Below, piece by piece: positions 1 to 11,654 of a DNA stretch of 64,000 bases (positions are counted from its first letter, which is position 1; every line of letters starts with the position of its first letter). The DNA lies in NCBI RefSeq assembly GCF_000315625.1, contig NW_005434645.1, positions 515,181-579,180 on the forward strand, in the 5' to 3' direction. The position numbers were made by a program, and so were the translations under genes. The notes beneath the pieces are model-generated. The model did not search any database and was not told the origin of the DNA. It was given only the letters and a program-made list of their open reading frames with translations. The DNA comes from Guillardia theta CCMP2712. Taxonomy: Eukaryota > Protista > Cryptophyta.

Positions 1-363
1 AACAGACTTGATCGTCGACCAGGTCACGTTCAATCACCAACAACTGCTTGCACAGCTTCCTTGTCTCGTCAGGGTGCCGGCAACAGACACAACAAACGTG
101 CAAGTACCACATGTGATGCCTCCAACTTCTTTCATGCTTCAGCTCGCAGCCAACATGATCACCAGCAACAGCAGTGACCATTGGGACAAAATTTAGGGTG
201 ATTGGGTGGACCCCTTACCAAAAGACAGAAGAACACTTCAAAAAACAGCTCTAGATAAGATTTCAATGCCGAGATCATCATATACTCTAGGAACGATCAT
301 CCACTTTCATTAGCAGTAGTGTTCGATCAGCTTCCGTCAACAAGATCGGGTACGTCTCTGACT

Positions 364-2928
364 TCACTCGTCGTGATATCTCATCTTTGCTTCATATGTC
401 ACATCGAAACGACTGCCAGGGGCAAGTCCGCTGACAAACTTGACGAAATTAGAGACTCCCTGCCGCATCATGGTCAGCCTTTCATACTTCTCTAGTCTCC
501 TCTTCGCCTCCCCCTCCCCCTCTCACACCTTTCTCACTCCTCCTCTGCCTCCTCTGTTCCTTCTCCTTCCTTCTCACCCATTCGTTTCTCCCTCTTCCCC
601 TTATGCTGGACTCACCTCATCTCTGAGAGCGATGAACAAGCTGTTGTTGCAAGCAGTCGCCTAAGACATTGTCAGCTGATCTCTCTTGCATCTCTGCAGC
701 ACCTGAGCGAAGGGCTCATCGTCCTGCTCTTCTTCGCTCTTGCTTTCTCCCTGCATCGTGTCATGGGCCTCATGAATGAGGTCAGTTACCTTTTGCGATG
801 CTCCTCCTTCATAAATGATGTAGGGCTTGTAATCATCCTGCCCGTTCATGTCAGGAGATCAGCTGACGTGTTTTCCATCACCTTGGCGACGAAGCTAGCA
901 TATCCTCCGATCAACGAGCTTTGCCACATGTCTGACTTGCTCTGACACATCTCTCTGTCTTCACTTGCGACTGCAGAGCTGCCGTTGTTTTGCTGCTTTC
1001 GCCGGACTCCTGTTGATCTGCATCGTCGACGAAACACAGGGTTGCATCTAATCTCATTTCCTGGCCCGAGATATGACCAGCTGCTTGTACGTAGTCAAGC
1101 CCGGGGCGAAATCTTCGAATCAGCGATCTTGCTTCTGTCACCAACACGCTGAATGCCCAAAAGAAAACCATCACTACCGCACAAGCTAGAGAACAGATGG
1201 AAAGAAGCAAAAGCTACCCAGTGAAAGCAGAAACGAGCTTGGCGAAGGCATCAGAAGCGAAGAGTTTCATCTTCAGGTCCATGAGAAGCTTTGCTGACTC
1301 ATCTGCCCCTTCTTTTCTTCAGCCTTAAGAGTTAGATATCGACGGCAATTGCTTGGCCCTGTAAGATGCCAGCCATTGGAAACACCCTCAGTATAGCTCA
1401 CGCGCTTGTTTTCCTTGTCTATACTGTTATCCAATTGAAACAGGTATTTCACGTGCTTCTGGACAAGAACACACTTCAGCTTCCATACACGTTCAATCAT
1501 CACGATTGCCTTCAGCTCGTTTGCTACGAGGAAATCCTTCAGCTCAACAAACGAATCTTCTTCAAACTGTGAGCTGATCTGCGAGATCACTTCTTCATCC
1601 AGGTACCTGCACATTGTCAGGGGACATCCGGATCTTGAAAGGTTACTTGGGGTTGACGTATTGAGACAGAAATTCCTTCTCCTCCTCGTTGATCTTTGAG
1701 TCACTCGAATGCTTCAAGAATTCTCCAGCTCCCACTAGAGCATCTTCCGTGCCTGGAGGAGCTTCTTTCCTCCCGTCTTGGCTATCAGAAGATCTGTGGA
1801 ACCATCCTGGTGATAAACGTGAGCCCTTGAGACGAAGAGGAGCAGGCAGTGAATGTTCCACCTGCCAGGCAGAGCAATGTCTTGTCTGGAACACACACCT
1901 CCTGGAATCCGAAGAAATGCCCAGCTTCGAAGAGAAGCTAACAAGTGTCAGAGTTTGTCAAGTACACTTGAAGGGCACCATAGAGTTCCATTTCGGGGCG
2001 ATCAACTTGGTGGGGATACAATCAGCTCCTCCTGTGGTCATCACGCCTTAGACGCAACACCTGCAGGGCATCAAGGACCTTGCTCGCTCTGAGGATAGAG
2101 CTCGAGAAACCCCCCGTCCGACTCCCCCCACTCCTCTGACTCGGGCGTCATGAACAGAAGGAAGCCGATCGCTCTGGAGCCAGTCAGCCTGACGTTGGAG
2201 GTCAAGAGGCTAGGGAAGCACAGGACATTCCCTCATACCACATCTCATTGTTTGGGAGAATGTGGCAACCCTCGTTCAAGATGTACGCCGAGAAATCCAC
2301 CTGCGGATCGCACCATCATCAGTCTCATCGCTCTTCGTACTCTCTCAAAATGCGCACCTTGTCCGACAGTGCTGCTGAACCAGTGATCTCCTGAACAGAT
2401 CGGAGAAACTCCTCACCGTATATCGTTTGCTTCAAGGCCATAATCTTGCAATGACATGCGATTACCGAGCACAGAAGTCATAGGATGCAGTAGCATACCT
2501 TCTTGATCGTTTGTAGCTCGTTATCATCCACGTCCTGAAAGTTTTTGGTCTGGTAAACTTTGAAGCTGCATCGAAGTAAGAATCGTCAAGCTTTCCCCCA
2601 AGAACAATGACCAATCGCTTTCTCTAAGGTCAGCCTTCATGTTCTCAAGGGCCTGGTCGAGCGCACCCTTGAGAGTCTCGGGGTTGCAAACATTCTGAAT
2701 CAGAATGTGCTTGAATGGCTTACATTCCGTGTATTCCTTTTGAAATTTCTGAACACTCTCAGCGGAAAACATGTTCTGATCGAAGAAAGATGCCTAAACA
2801 ATTAGCACAGGTATGTCACGTATGCCATCATGTCTGGCAGCATTGAATCTTACATTTTCGACCTCCTTCCGCTCTTCTTCTCGCCTGCGCTTCGCTACAG
2901 ATCCGATTCCTTTCGCTCCTCGCTTCAT
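364..2928 (-). CDS. TPA1: TPA1/OGFOD1/Ofd1-family 2OG-Fe(II) prolyl hydroxylase-like protein, multi-exon, probably catalytically inactive
   Basis: Hand-spliced exons: MKRGAKG..., EYTECKPFKHILIQNV, LFKVYQT, VDFSAYILNEGCHILPNNEM, SRAIGFLLFMTPESEEWGESDGGFLELYP, PKWNSM, GWFH, WQSSLIGGY, NSLFIALRDE/GVSNFVKFVSGLAPGSRFDV...stop. These match the two-domain Tpa1/Ofd1 architecture. Confidence 0.85.
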
Positions 2929-3986
2929 TGTCGATTTTGTACGCGGTCTGTAAAACGTCAGGGTCGTTAAGGATTATGAAGATCAACGACTTCCCAAGGC
3001 TGTGAACCCCCTTTTGACAGATCAGTAGGCGAGAAATGAGCAGAGAGCAATAGTTCCTAGCTATGAAAGTCTCGACTAAGAGTCTAGTAAACTCAAATAA
3101 TCATATCAAGATCAAGTGGTGGGTCCTAGCACTCACCACCAATAGGCTTCCCTTGTGAGTTATTGCGTGCTATGAGATCAACATCTGTTTCATCAAGCTG
3201 CTCTCACAATGCTACCTTCCTGGTGGTCTCATGGCCAAGTGGATTTTCTCGAGCTTGCATCACCACCCTCACACTACTGACATCAGATCCCTGTACCATC
3301 TTCATCCATTCTCTTCTTCCTCTGCTCATTCCATGTATCTTCCTCAGCTATTCTCCTCCTTGCCCTCCTCCTCCTGCTCTCCTTCATCGTTCGCCATATC
3401 CCCAATCATCGCCGGTCGCATCTACGTAAGAACATGACATAACTTTTACTCAACGTGGATCCAGCTCCATTCCTTCACTACCCCTGTACACGGAATAAAC
3501 GAAGGGGTGGGGTGGATGTTCCAAAGGAAGAGAGAGAACGCACGGGCAGGACGAGCAAATGCTGATGATGATGGCGGAGGAGGAGAAGGAGGATAGATGA
3601 ATACGGTGCATGAAGATGATGAAGAGGATGAGTATGATAGGTGAATGGGGTGAAACCAAAACAGAAAAGATAATGACAAGGTTTGGATTAGGAAAATAAG
3701 GAGCAACAGACGAGTTAGTGGACGGTAGAAGAGGACGATAGAAGAAAAGGATGAAAGTTGATAGGAGAGGGTGAAAGAATCTCTGAACTGTCGAAACTTA
3801 TTGTAGCGGGAATAGACATTTACCAAAGGGCACACGATACCATAGAAGACTCAGTGAAGAAGTGGGCGATCTGATCTGCGGCTGACTGTATAGACCTGCA
3901 GTCGTCCGTTTTCTCATCTAGGAAGAGGCTTTAGTGCTTCCCTCGCCTATCCACCTCAAGGGAGGCAGCAAGTGGATCTGGAAGCG

Positions 3987-6404
3987 ATGAGGGCGCTGTT
4001 AGGAAGCTTTCCGAGTCTTCCACTCCTCCTCGTCTTCGTGCTCGCATCGCCTTTGGCAGAGTCTCAAGGCTCAGGGAAGAAGCCCTCAAGCTTCACGGTA
4101 CCTGACTTATGCACTTGGCGCCGGGTGCTAACTTGCGTTAGCCTCTGTTCAAAGAGGGCGAGGAAGTTGACGTGTACGTCTACACCAGCATGTCCCAGTA
4201 CCTTGCACATGGCGACGGCGCGATCTTCAACAAAGAGCTCAATCCTGACCAGCCCATCTTTCACAACACCTCCTCCTTCGGCTGGCAGATCTCTAAGGGC
4301 CCCTTTACCATCAACGTGACGGTCTGCCTGCCTCCCCCCTTCTGCTACAGGTGGGAGTGACTGCTAGCTCCAGGTGCCCGAGGCTGTGAAGAGGAATCAG
4401 AGCTTGTTCTACGCTCACGTCTTCTTCTGCAAGAAAGGGATCTCCCCGAACCCCTTCGATCCCAACAACCAGCAAGACAGGCAGTACAGTGAGTGGCGAT
4501 GGCATGCCTGGTGTCGGCTGAGGTGGGCGGGTTTGACTCTGCCTTGCAGACATGAAGGTGTTGTGGAGGGTCATACCTCTTTCTCGCTGGATCCCTGAGA
4601 TCTACGAGCCAGCCAAGTACAACCTCCTCTTCGGCTTGCCTCCTCCTCCTCCCAACAAGACAGAGGCAAGACACAGAGTCTAGGTCGGAGACCGATGGCT
4701 CACGCTGTTGGCAGGAGAAGAAAGTCCTTCCGTACTGGAGTCCGCGCCTGGCGATCTTTGTCGTCACCGACACGAACTCTTACCCCAGCATGTCGGAGGA
4801 ATATATCAGCCCCTTTCTCCTCTACTCCTTGCAGCAAACGGAGGTAAGGATGAACCTCTCTCTCCCTATCTTGGCTGTGCCCAAATTCTCACACTGTCCC
4901 GCAATGCTCTTGTCCTGATGAATCTTTGCTCTGCTGATTCGATGCTTGTAATCAGCTTTTTATTTCCAGGGGATTGACAACAGGAGGAAGCAATACGCAC
5001 CTCTCCTTCATATCGATGAGCTTGGAACCTTGTCAAAAGACCTTCTCAAGATCAATGACACTGTGACCCAGCTTCCTCTTTCGGTTCGTTCCTCCTGCTC
5101 CCCGTGCCCGTGCTCTTGCTCTTGCTCTTGCTCTTGCTCTTGCTCTTGCTCTTGCTCTTGCTCTTGCTCCTCTAAATTTCTCTGATCTCCTCATGCTGCA
5201 GATTAGCTTGCAACCTTTGGGCATCACCAGGTTCGTGTGGATGCTCAAGGTTGGTGGGAGGGCAAGGATCTCGAGTACGCGAGCTAATCGTGTCACAGAT
5301 GGAACACAGTGTTCAGATGCACAAGGAGATAGGAACTCCCGAGAAAGAGATGGAAGAAGTACGAAGGCATGCATCATGAGAGGGATAGAGGAGGGGGGAC
5401 TGACTGGGTGGAGCAGGATGTTCGTTGAAACTAACTCCTGGCTACTTGTCACCACCATCGTCGTCTCCTTCCTCCATCTCTTGTTCGACATCCTCGCATT
5501 CAAGAACGACATCAACTTCTGGCGAGGGCTTCAGTCTACCAAAGGAATCTCCGTTCGCTCCATCGGTACTTCTCCCTTCCTTCCACCACGCAGCCGATAA
5601 CGCTCGCCGTCAGCTGTCTCCTCCATCATGGAACTTGTCGTGTTTCTGTACCTCCTTGACAACGACACGTCTTACCTCGTTCTCTTCACGGTTGGCGGCG
5701 GGCTGCTCGTCAACGTCTGGAAGGTTCCCCGTCCTCAACCTCGGCAGCCTCCCGTGCTCTGACTCGCTGCAGCTCATCAAGGCATGGTCTCTCATGCGAG
5801 GCCGAGGAAGCGACAAGGAGGCGGAGGACTTGCGAGCAGAGCAGGTGAAGCAGCAAGGAGACGGGGCATGCTCGTCCTGACTCCCTGCACAGGCGATCTC
5901 ACGCCATATCGACTACATCGCATCCGCCTACCTCCTCAACATCCTCGGCCCGCCCATCGTCGGATACGCTGTCTACAGTCTGGTGTATGAGGACCAGAGG
6001 GGCTGGTACAGCTGGGCGCTCCAGAGCGGGGTGAACGTTGTGTATGCTGTAGGTAGGGGGCTGCTGCCTCCTGTTCTTAGACGCCTGAGATTCAATGCAG
6101 GCTTCATGATGATGACGCCGCAGCTCTTCCTCAACTACAAGTACAAGAGTGTCGAACACCTTCCTTGGAGAGCGCTCATATATCGTGCTCTGAATACTTT
6201 CATTGACGACCTGTTCGCATTCGTCATCACCATGCCAGGGCTTCACAGGTACGATCCCTCTCTTGCGCTATCTTTCTTCGTTTTCACAGTGATGTCAGGA
6301 TGTCTGTCTTTCGAGACGACATTGTCTTCTTCATCTACCTCTATCAGCGTTGGATCTACCGCAAGCGAAGGCCTGCCTCGGAGACCTCCATGCACGAGCT
6401 CTAG
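3987..6404 (+). CDS. CLPTM1: CLPTM1/CLPTM1L-family membrane protein (lipid scramblase family), multi-exon
   Basis: Signal-like N-terminus MRALLGSFPSLPLLLVFVLASPLAES. Family motifs RMFVETNSWLLVTTIVVSFLHLLFDILAFKNDINFW, GFMMMTPQLFLNYKYKSVEHLPWRALIYRALNTFIDDLFAFVITMP and FRDDIVFFIYLYQRWIY. Stop TAG at 6402-6404. Confidence 0.92.
5111..5168. repeat. (GCTCTT)n hexamer microsatellite in a CLPTM1 intron
   Basis: About 9-10 perfect units are visible. Confidence 0.95.
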
Positions 6405-6456
6405 ACTCTGGGACGGCCCTAATTCGGATCATCATAGCTGTGAAGTTCTTGATGCA

Positions 6457-6569
6457 TTGCGATATGAGTAGCGTTCTTGACGAAAGCCTCCTTCTCTCCT
6501 ACCGCACTCTGAGCCTTGTCTTGACCGCACTGTCTGGTCTTTGAGTGCCAAACCTACCTCAAGCTGCCA
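6457..6569 (-). pseudogene. Inverted internal fragment of gene A with a 35-nt deletion (second copy at ~19574-19686)
   Basis: Matches the reverse complement of ~7362-7509 (WQLEVGLALKDQTV...KEAFVKNATHIA). Confidence 0.85.
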
Positions 6570-6824
6570 GATGAACCCATCAGTAGCAAGCTGACGACGA
6601 GCCGCGCTTCCCGAGGCCCTCAAGGTAGCGAAGCCCAGGCTTGCTCCATGCACTGAGGCGCACTCACTGGCTGGGGTCTCAAACCCACTGCCAGGCAGAT
6701 GCATCAAGCTTGAAGATTCCTCAAGTCTAGAATTAGTCTCAGAACCCTCCTCTCGGACCTTGCTGTTGTCGACAATCCTACCAAGAGTCTCCGAGTCCCG
6801 GCCCTATTGTTCTACTTTGTAGAA

Positions 6825-8358
6825 ATGGCGAGATCTGCAGCGGATAAATCGAGAAAACAGGAGAAGAGCATTCTGAAGCTGAACAGAAAAACGTCCAGCA
6901 ACTGGTTTGAAAGTCAGGTGTATGCAAACCTGCCTGCTATCATAGTCGAGATGTTGATGTTTCTCAACTTGAAGAATCCTCAGCACCTCGATCATATCAA
7001 CAGAGCAGAGTATCGACGCGCGATCAACTCCACGCTAGTGATGGGAAGTTCAGGAAGCCTTGAAGGTATACCAGAAGAAAGCTGCACCTTCAAGGGAAAG
7101 TTCAAGCTCAAGTTCGACCTTTACTTTCGAGCTCGATCCAACTCCTCCAACTCCTCGAGAGTTTCTTTGAGAGATGTGCTGAGAAGCTTGGTAGACTCGG
7201 AAGATGCCGACGACGGAGTCCCCCAGGTCATAGCGCTACATTCATACGACGACGACAAGGTCGCTGACGCCAGAGACGAGCTCGAAGGTCTCTTGCTCTC
7301 CGAGAACGCTCTCATCCATTTCGAGATCACAGAAGAACCGTCTTGTATGGTACGAAAGCTGTGGCAGCTTGAGGTAGGTTTGGCACTCAAAGCCCAGACA
7401 GTGTGGTCAACACAAGGCTCAGAGTGCGGTGACAGCAAGCTGCTGGCAATGGGCATAATAGTCGGAGGAGAGAAGGAGGCTTTCGTCAAGAACGCTACTC
7501 ATATCGCAAGGCGCTGGAAATCTGCTAGGGAGGCTGACATCTTGTTGGCGAAGAGCGGAGTACCAGTCTTCTTTTGTTACGCTGCGCCTCAAAGCGTCCA
7601 CAGCATGTTCAACAGTTTGAGGATGGACCTCAAGGTACTTGAGCATATCCCTCTGCTCCTCGAATCTCTCTGTGACAGTGACTCCCGCGGCTTGTAGGAG
7701 CTTCGTGAGGACAACGAGGACAAACACATGGTCTGTAGAGGGTGTTGACTCACCGTTGCAGAATCCGACTGAAAGAGGAGTTGCAGGCGCACCAAAAGGA
7801 GATCCAGGCTCTTAAGGAGAACATGGACGGGCTCAAGCAGACTGTGCAGACAGTCGAGCGCAAGATGGACGAAGGGTTCTCGGTGTGTGTTGGACTCTAG
7901 CGAGGCGAGAGGGAACTGACTGACTTGCGATGTAGGAGCACCAAAAGGAGATCCAGGCTCTTAAGGAGAACATGGACGGGCTCAAGGAGAACATGGACGG
8001 GCTCAAGGAGACTGTGCAGACAGTCGAGCGCAAGATGGACGAAGGGTTCTCGGTGTGTGTTGGACTCTAGCGAGGCGAGAGGGAACTGACTGACTTGCGA
8101 TGTAGGAGCACCAAAAGGAGATCCAGGCTCTTAAGGAGAACATGGACGGGCTCAAGGAGAACATGGACGGGCTCAAGCAGACTGTGGACGGGCTCAAGCA
8201 GACTGTGCAGACAGTCGAGCGCAAGATGGACGAAGGGTTCTCGGTGTGTATCAGGGCCCTGAGAGGGGTGTCACTGTACTGAGAATAATTGCCGTGCACA
8301 GATGATCAATCGACTCCTGAGAGATGTTTCAAATCTCACCTCCTCGCGACCAATCTGA
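6825..8358 (+). CDS. Gene A copy 1: orphan protein with ~270-aa globular exon (possible PD-(D/E)XK-like fold), three repeated coiled-coil exons and a short tail
   Basis: Long first exon MARSAADK...RMDLK, then phase-0 GT-AG introns joining ELREDNEDKHM | AHQKEIQALKENMDGL...GFS | EHQK... | EHQK... | MINRLLRDVSNLTSSRPI*. Confidence 0.75.
7785..8243 (+). repeat. Nested coding repeats: 21-nt heptad units (KENMDGL/KQTVDGL) inside ~150-190 nt tandem exon+intron units
   Basis: Repeated aaggagaacatggacgggctc and aagcagactgtggacgggctc, with an identical intron gtgtgtgttggactc...gatgtag between units. Confidence 0.95.
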
Positions 8359-8810
8359 AGCTATTGTAGAACAATATTACTTAGTCAGCCTTTCTCTCAG
8401 TCTTCTGTGCATTTCTAGCTTTCTTTTGCATCTAAGAACATTTCTAATTTCCCATCACTGATGTCGTCTTCGCTCCGCTCATGGGGATGTCTGGTCGTTT
8501 CAATGCGTGTAGAGGAAGCGCAGGTCCTTGCAGCTCCCCGCCGCCTTGCAGCCTTTTGGCGGCCTGGATCCGCTGGAGGAAGTCCGCGACCTTGATCAAC
8601 CTCTTCCTCAGGCAGGATGTGGAGGGGAATATTTTCAGGCTATAAGTCTCAGTTTCCGATTTCGTAGCGGTTTAATTAAACACACAATAGTGGAAGCACA
8701 CGAAGGTTGAAGAAGGGATATGCCATGGCATTGCTTCTTACGGGGCCTCTTATGAGGGACGTGGGGCTCAGCGTCGCCACATGTTTGTTTCGTGACAACT
8801 TACTGTCCGG

Positions 8811-9377
8811 TCAGTGAGGACACAGACGACTGGATAGCCCTCTGACCAGGGCTTCCTCGACTGCCAGCGCCTCCTTGATCTCAAGGATACACTGGTTGCG
8901 CTGGATCTTGGCGGTGAGAGTCTCCACGGTCTCCGGTTTCTCCGGGGCCTTCCTCTTCCCAACAAGCGGCTTCGATCCGTTGGTGCGCTCGGTCTGAAGG
9001 CTCGTTAGTTGTTCTTGCAAGGTCGCCAGTCTCTGTTGAGCCTTGGCGATCTCACTCTGCTTGGCTTCGATCTTCTCATCAATGGACTTGGCCGCTGTCG
9101 GCGTGCGCGTCTTGCCCTCGATCTTGTTCTTTCGCATTTCGGCGAATCCGTCTATCGATCCCTGCAGAGCTTTTGTGTCCATTTTCGTAACGGCTGTGAG
9201 GCGCTTGGCCGCGTTGCCAGTAATGGTACCATCGGGTGCAACGTCACCAGGATTGGTGACGCGTGCTGCCGCGATGATCACGGGGTGGTAGAAGAACGCG
9301 GCAATGCGCTCCCTCTCCTTGAGCTCTGCATCAGTCGGTGCGGACTTGCCCTCGTCGTTGGACTTCTTGACCTTTTT
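8811..9377 (-). CDS. Spacer ORF B1: intronless Lys/Ala-rich protein fragment with coiled coil, no ATG at its 5' end (copies at 12899-13465 minus and ~22150-22720 plus)
   Basis: Open frame KKVKKSNDEGKSAPTDAELKERERIAAFFYHPV...SIDEKIEAKQSEIAKAQQRLATLQEQLTSLQ...CPH*, with G/C-ending codon bias. Confidence 0.45.
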   Translation of the reverse strand, partial: KKVKKSNDEGKSAPTDAELKERERIAAFFYHPVIIAAARVTNPGDVAPDGTITGNAAKRLTAVTKMDTKALQGSIDGFAEMRKNKIEGKTRTPTAAKSIDEKIEAKQSEIAKAQQRLATLQEQLTSLQTERTNGSKPLVGKRKAPEKPETVETLTAKIQRNQCILEIKEALAVEEALVRGLSSRLCPH

Positions 9378-9817
9378 TCACCGCCGCGGAAGGGGGGGCC
9401 AGCACCCAGTTCGGGGTCTACAGCGGGTTCGACGACACTCCCTTCTGTTCGCACAAGTGGGTCTTCTGCACGGAGACGAGCCGCAACCTGACGACGGGCG
9501 CCTACAACCGCCAGTGCTTCGGGACGGTGAGCAAGGCCAACTGGACCGACCCCCTGACGCGCTTCGACTCCTGCAAGAGCGCCATCCTCAACGACGCCCC
9601 GAGCAGCTCCACCATGATCCCCATCCGCATCTGCACGCTCGACTCGACGATGAACGAGCTCTGCATCAAGGTCGCGGACTTCCTCCAGCGGATCCAGGCC
9701 GCCAAAAGGCTGCAAGGCGGCGGGGAGCTGCAAGGACCTGCGCTTCCTCTACACGCATTGAAACGACCAGACATCCCCATGAGCGGAGCGAAGACGACAT
9801 CAGTGATGGGAAATTAG
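9371..9817 (+). CDS. Spacer ORF B2: intronless Cys/Trp-containing protein fragment, no ATG at its 5' end (copies at 13459-13905 plus and 21712-~22155 minus)
   Basis: Open frame FFTAAEGGASTQFGVYSGFDDTPFCSHKWVFCTETSRNLTTGAYNRQCFGTVSKANWTDPLTRFDSCK...MGN*, with very strong C/G third-position bias. Confidence 0.45.
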   Translation, partial: PFFTAAEGGASTQFGVYSGFDDTPFCSHKWVFCTETSRNLTTGAYNRQCFGTVSKANWTDPLTRFDSCKSAILNDAPSSSTMIPIRICTLDSTMNELCIKVADFLQRIQAAKRLQGGGELQGPALPLHALKRPDIPMSGAKTTSVMGN

Positions 9818-9902
9818 AAATGTTCTTAGATGCAAAAGAAAGCTAGAAATGCACAGAAGACTGAGAGAAAGGCTGACTAAGTAATATTGTTCTACAATAG
9901 CT

Positions 9903-11433
9903 TCAGATTGGTCGCGAGGAGGTGAGATTTGAAACATCTCTCAGGAGTCGATTGATCATCTGTGCACGGCAATTATTCTCAGTACAGTGACACCCCTCTC
10001 AGGGCCCTGATACACACCGAGAACCCTTCGTCCATCTTGCGCTCGACTGTCTGCACAGTCTGCTTGAGCCCGTCCACAGTCTGCTTGAGCCCGTCCATGT
10101 TCTCCTTGAGCCCGTCCATGTTCTCCTTAAGAGCATGGATCTCCTTTTGGTGCTCCTACATCGCAAGTCAGTCAGTTCCCTCTCGCCTCGCTAGAGTCCA
10201 ACACACACCGAGAACCATTCGTCCATCTTGCGCTCGACTGTAAGCACAGTCTCCTTGAGCCCGTCCATGTTCTCNNNNNNNNNNNNNNNNNNNNNNNNNN
10301 NNNNNNNNNNNNNNNNNNNNNNNNNNNNNNNNNNNNNNNNNNNNNNNNNNNNNNNNNNNNNNNNNNNNNNNNNNNNNNNNNNNNNNNNNNNNNNNNNNNN
10401 NNNNNNNNNNNNNNNNNNNNNNNNNNNNNNNNNNNNNNNNNNNNNNNNNNNNNNNNNNNNNNNNNNNNNNNNNNNNNNNNNNNNNNNNNNNNNNNNNNNN
10501 TGCAACGGTGAGTCAACACCCTCTACAGACCATGTGTTTGTCCTCGTTGTCCTCACGAAGCTCCTACAAGCCGCGGGAGTCACTGTCACAGAGAGATTCG
10601 AGGAGCAGAGGGATATGCTCAAGTACCTTGAGGTCCATCCTCAAACCGTTGAACATGCTGTGGACGCTTTGAGGCGCAGCGTAACAAAAGAAGACTGGTA
10701 CTCCGCTCTTCGCCAACAAGATGTCAGCCTCCCTAGCAGATTTCCAGCGCCTTGCGATATGAGTAGCGTTCTTGACGAAAGCCTCCTTCTCTCCTCCGAC
10801 TATTATGCCCATTGCCAGCAGCTTGCTGTCACCGCACTCTGAGCCTTGTGTTGACCACACTTGGTCTTTGAGTGCCAAACCTACCTCAAGCTGCCACAGC
10901 TTTCGTACCATACAAGACGGTTCTTCTGTGATCTCGAAATGGATGAGAGCGTTCTCGGAGAGCAAGAGACCTTCGAGCTCGTCTCTGGCGTCAGCGACCT
11001 TGTCGTCGTCGTATGAATGTAGCGCTATGACCTGGGGGACTCCGTCGTCGGCATCTTCCGAGTCTACCAAGCTTCTCAGCACATCTCTCAAAGAAACTCT
11101 CGAGGAGTTGGAGGAGTTGGATCGAGCTCGAAAGTAAAGGTCGAACTTGAGCTTGAACTTTTCCTTGAAGGTGCAGCTTTCTTCTGGTATACCTTCAAGG
11201 CTTCCTGAACTTCCCATCACTAGCGTGGAGTTGATCGCGCGTCGATACTCTGCTCTGTTGATATGATCGAGGTGCTGAGGATTCTTCAAGTTGAGAAACA
11301 TCAACATCTCGACTATGATAGCAGGCAGGTTTGCATACACCTGACTTTCAAACCAGTTGCTGGACGTTTTTCTGTTCAGCTTCCGAATGCTCTTCTCCTG
11401 TTTTCTCGATTTATCCGCTGCAGATCTCGCCAT
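9903..11433 (-). CDS. Gene A copy 2 (N-gap within the repeat exons)
   Basis: Reverse-complement copy of 6825-8358 with alleles SIRKL, DQVW, FNGLR. Confidence 0.7.
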
Positions 11434-11654
11434 TTCTACAAAGTAGAACAATAGGGCCGGGACTCGGAGACTGTGGCACCGCCCGATCATAGCGTGACTC
11501 AGCAAGGANNNNNNNNNNNNNNNNNNNNNNNNNNNNNNNNNNNNNNNNNNNNNNNNNNNNNNNNNNNNNNNNNNNNNNNNNNNNNNNNNNNNNNNNNNNN
11601 NNNNNNNNNNNNNNNNNNNNNNNNNNNNNNNNNNNNNNNNNNNNNNNNNNNNNN

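Larger units (their letters stand above)
6786..11472. repeat. Palindrome 1: inverted arms 6786-8596 and 9665-11472 around spacer 8597-9664
   Basis: Arms are near-identical reverse complements, each carrying gene A. The right arm contains an N-gap. Confidence 0.9.

Noticed and set aside
5033-5515. ORF with a poly-(Ala-Arg) tract
   Set aside because: Antisense reading of an intronic (GCTCTT)n microsatellite in CLPTM1.
7785-8243. Regularly spaced repeats resembling a CRISPR array
   Set aside because: The intervening sequences are identical introns and coding heptads, not unique spacers. The context is eukaryotic and there are no cas genes.
8003-8299. Repeated antisense ORF MHGNYSQ...LSPSMFS
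   Set aside because: Shadow of the gene A heptad exons. Splice signals support the opposite strand.
8669-8731. 12-bp palindromes GTTTAATTAAAC and ATGCCATGGCAT in the spacer as recombination sites
   Set aside because: They are not at a breakpoint, and short palindromes are common in this window, so there is no supporting evidence.
6786-11472. Classical composite or TIR DNA transposon
   Set aside because: No DDE or tyrosine-recombinase motif recognised, outer arm ends differ among units and no target-site duplication is visible.
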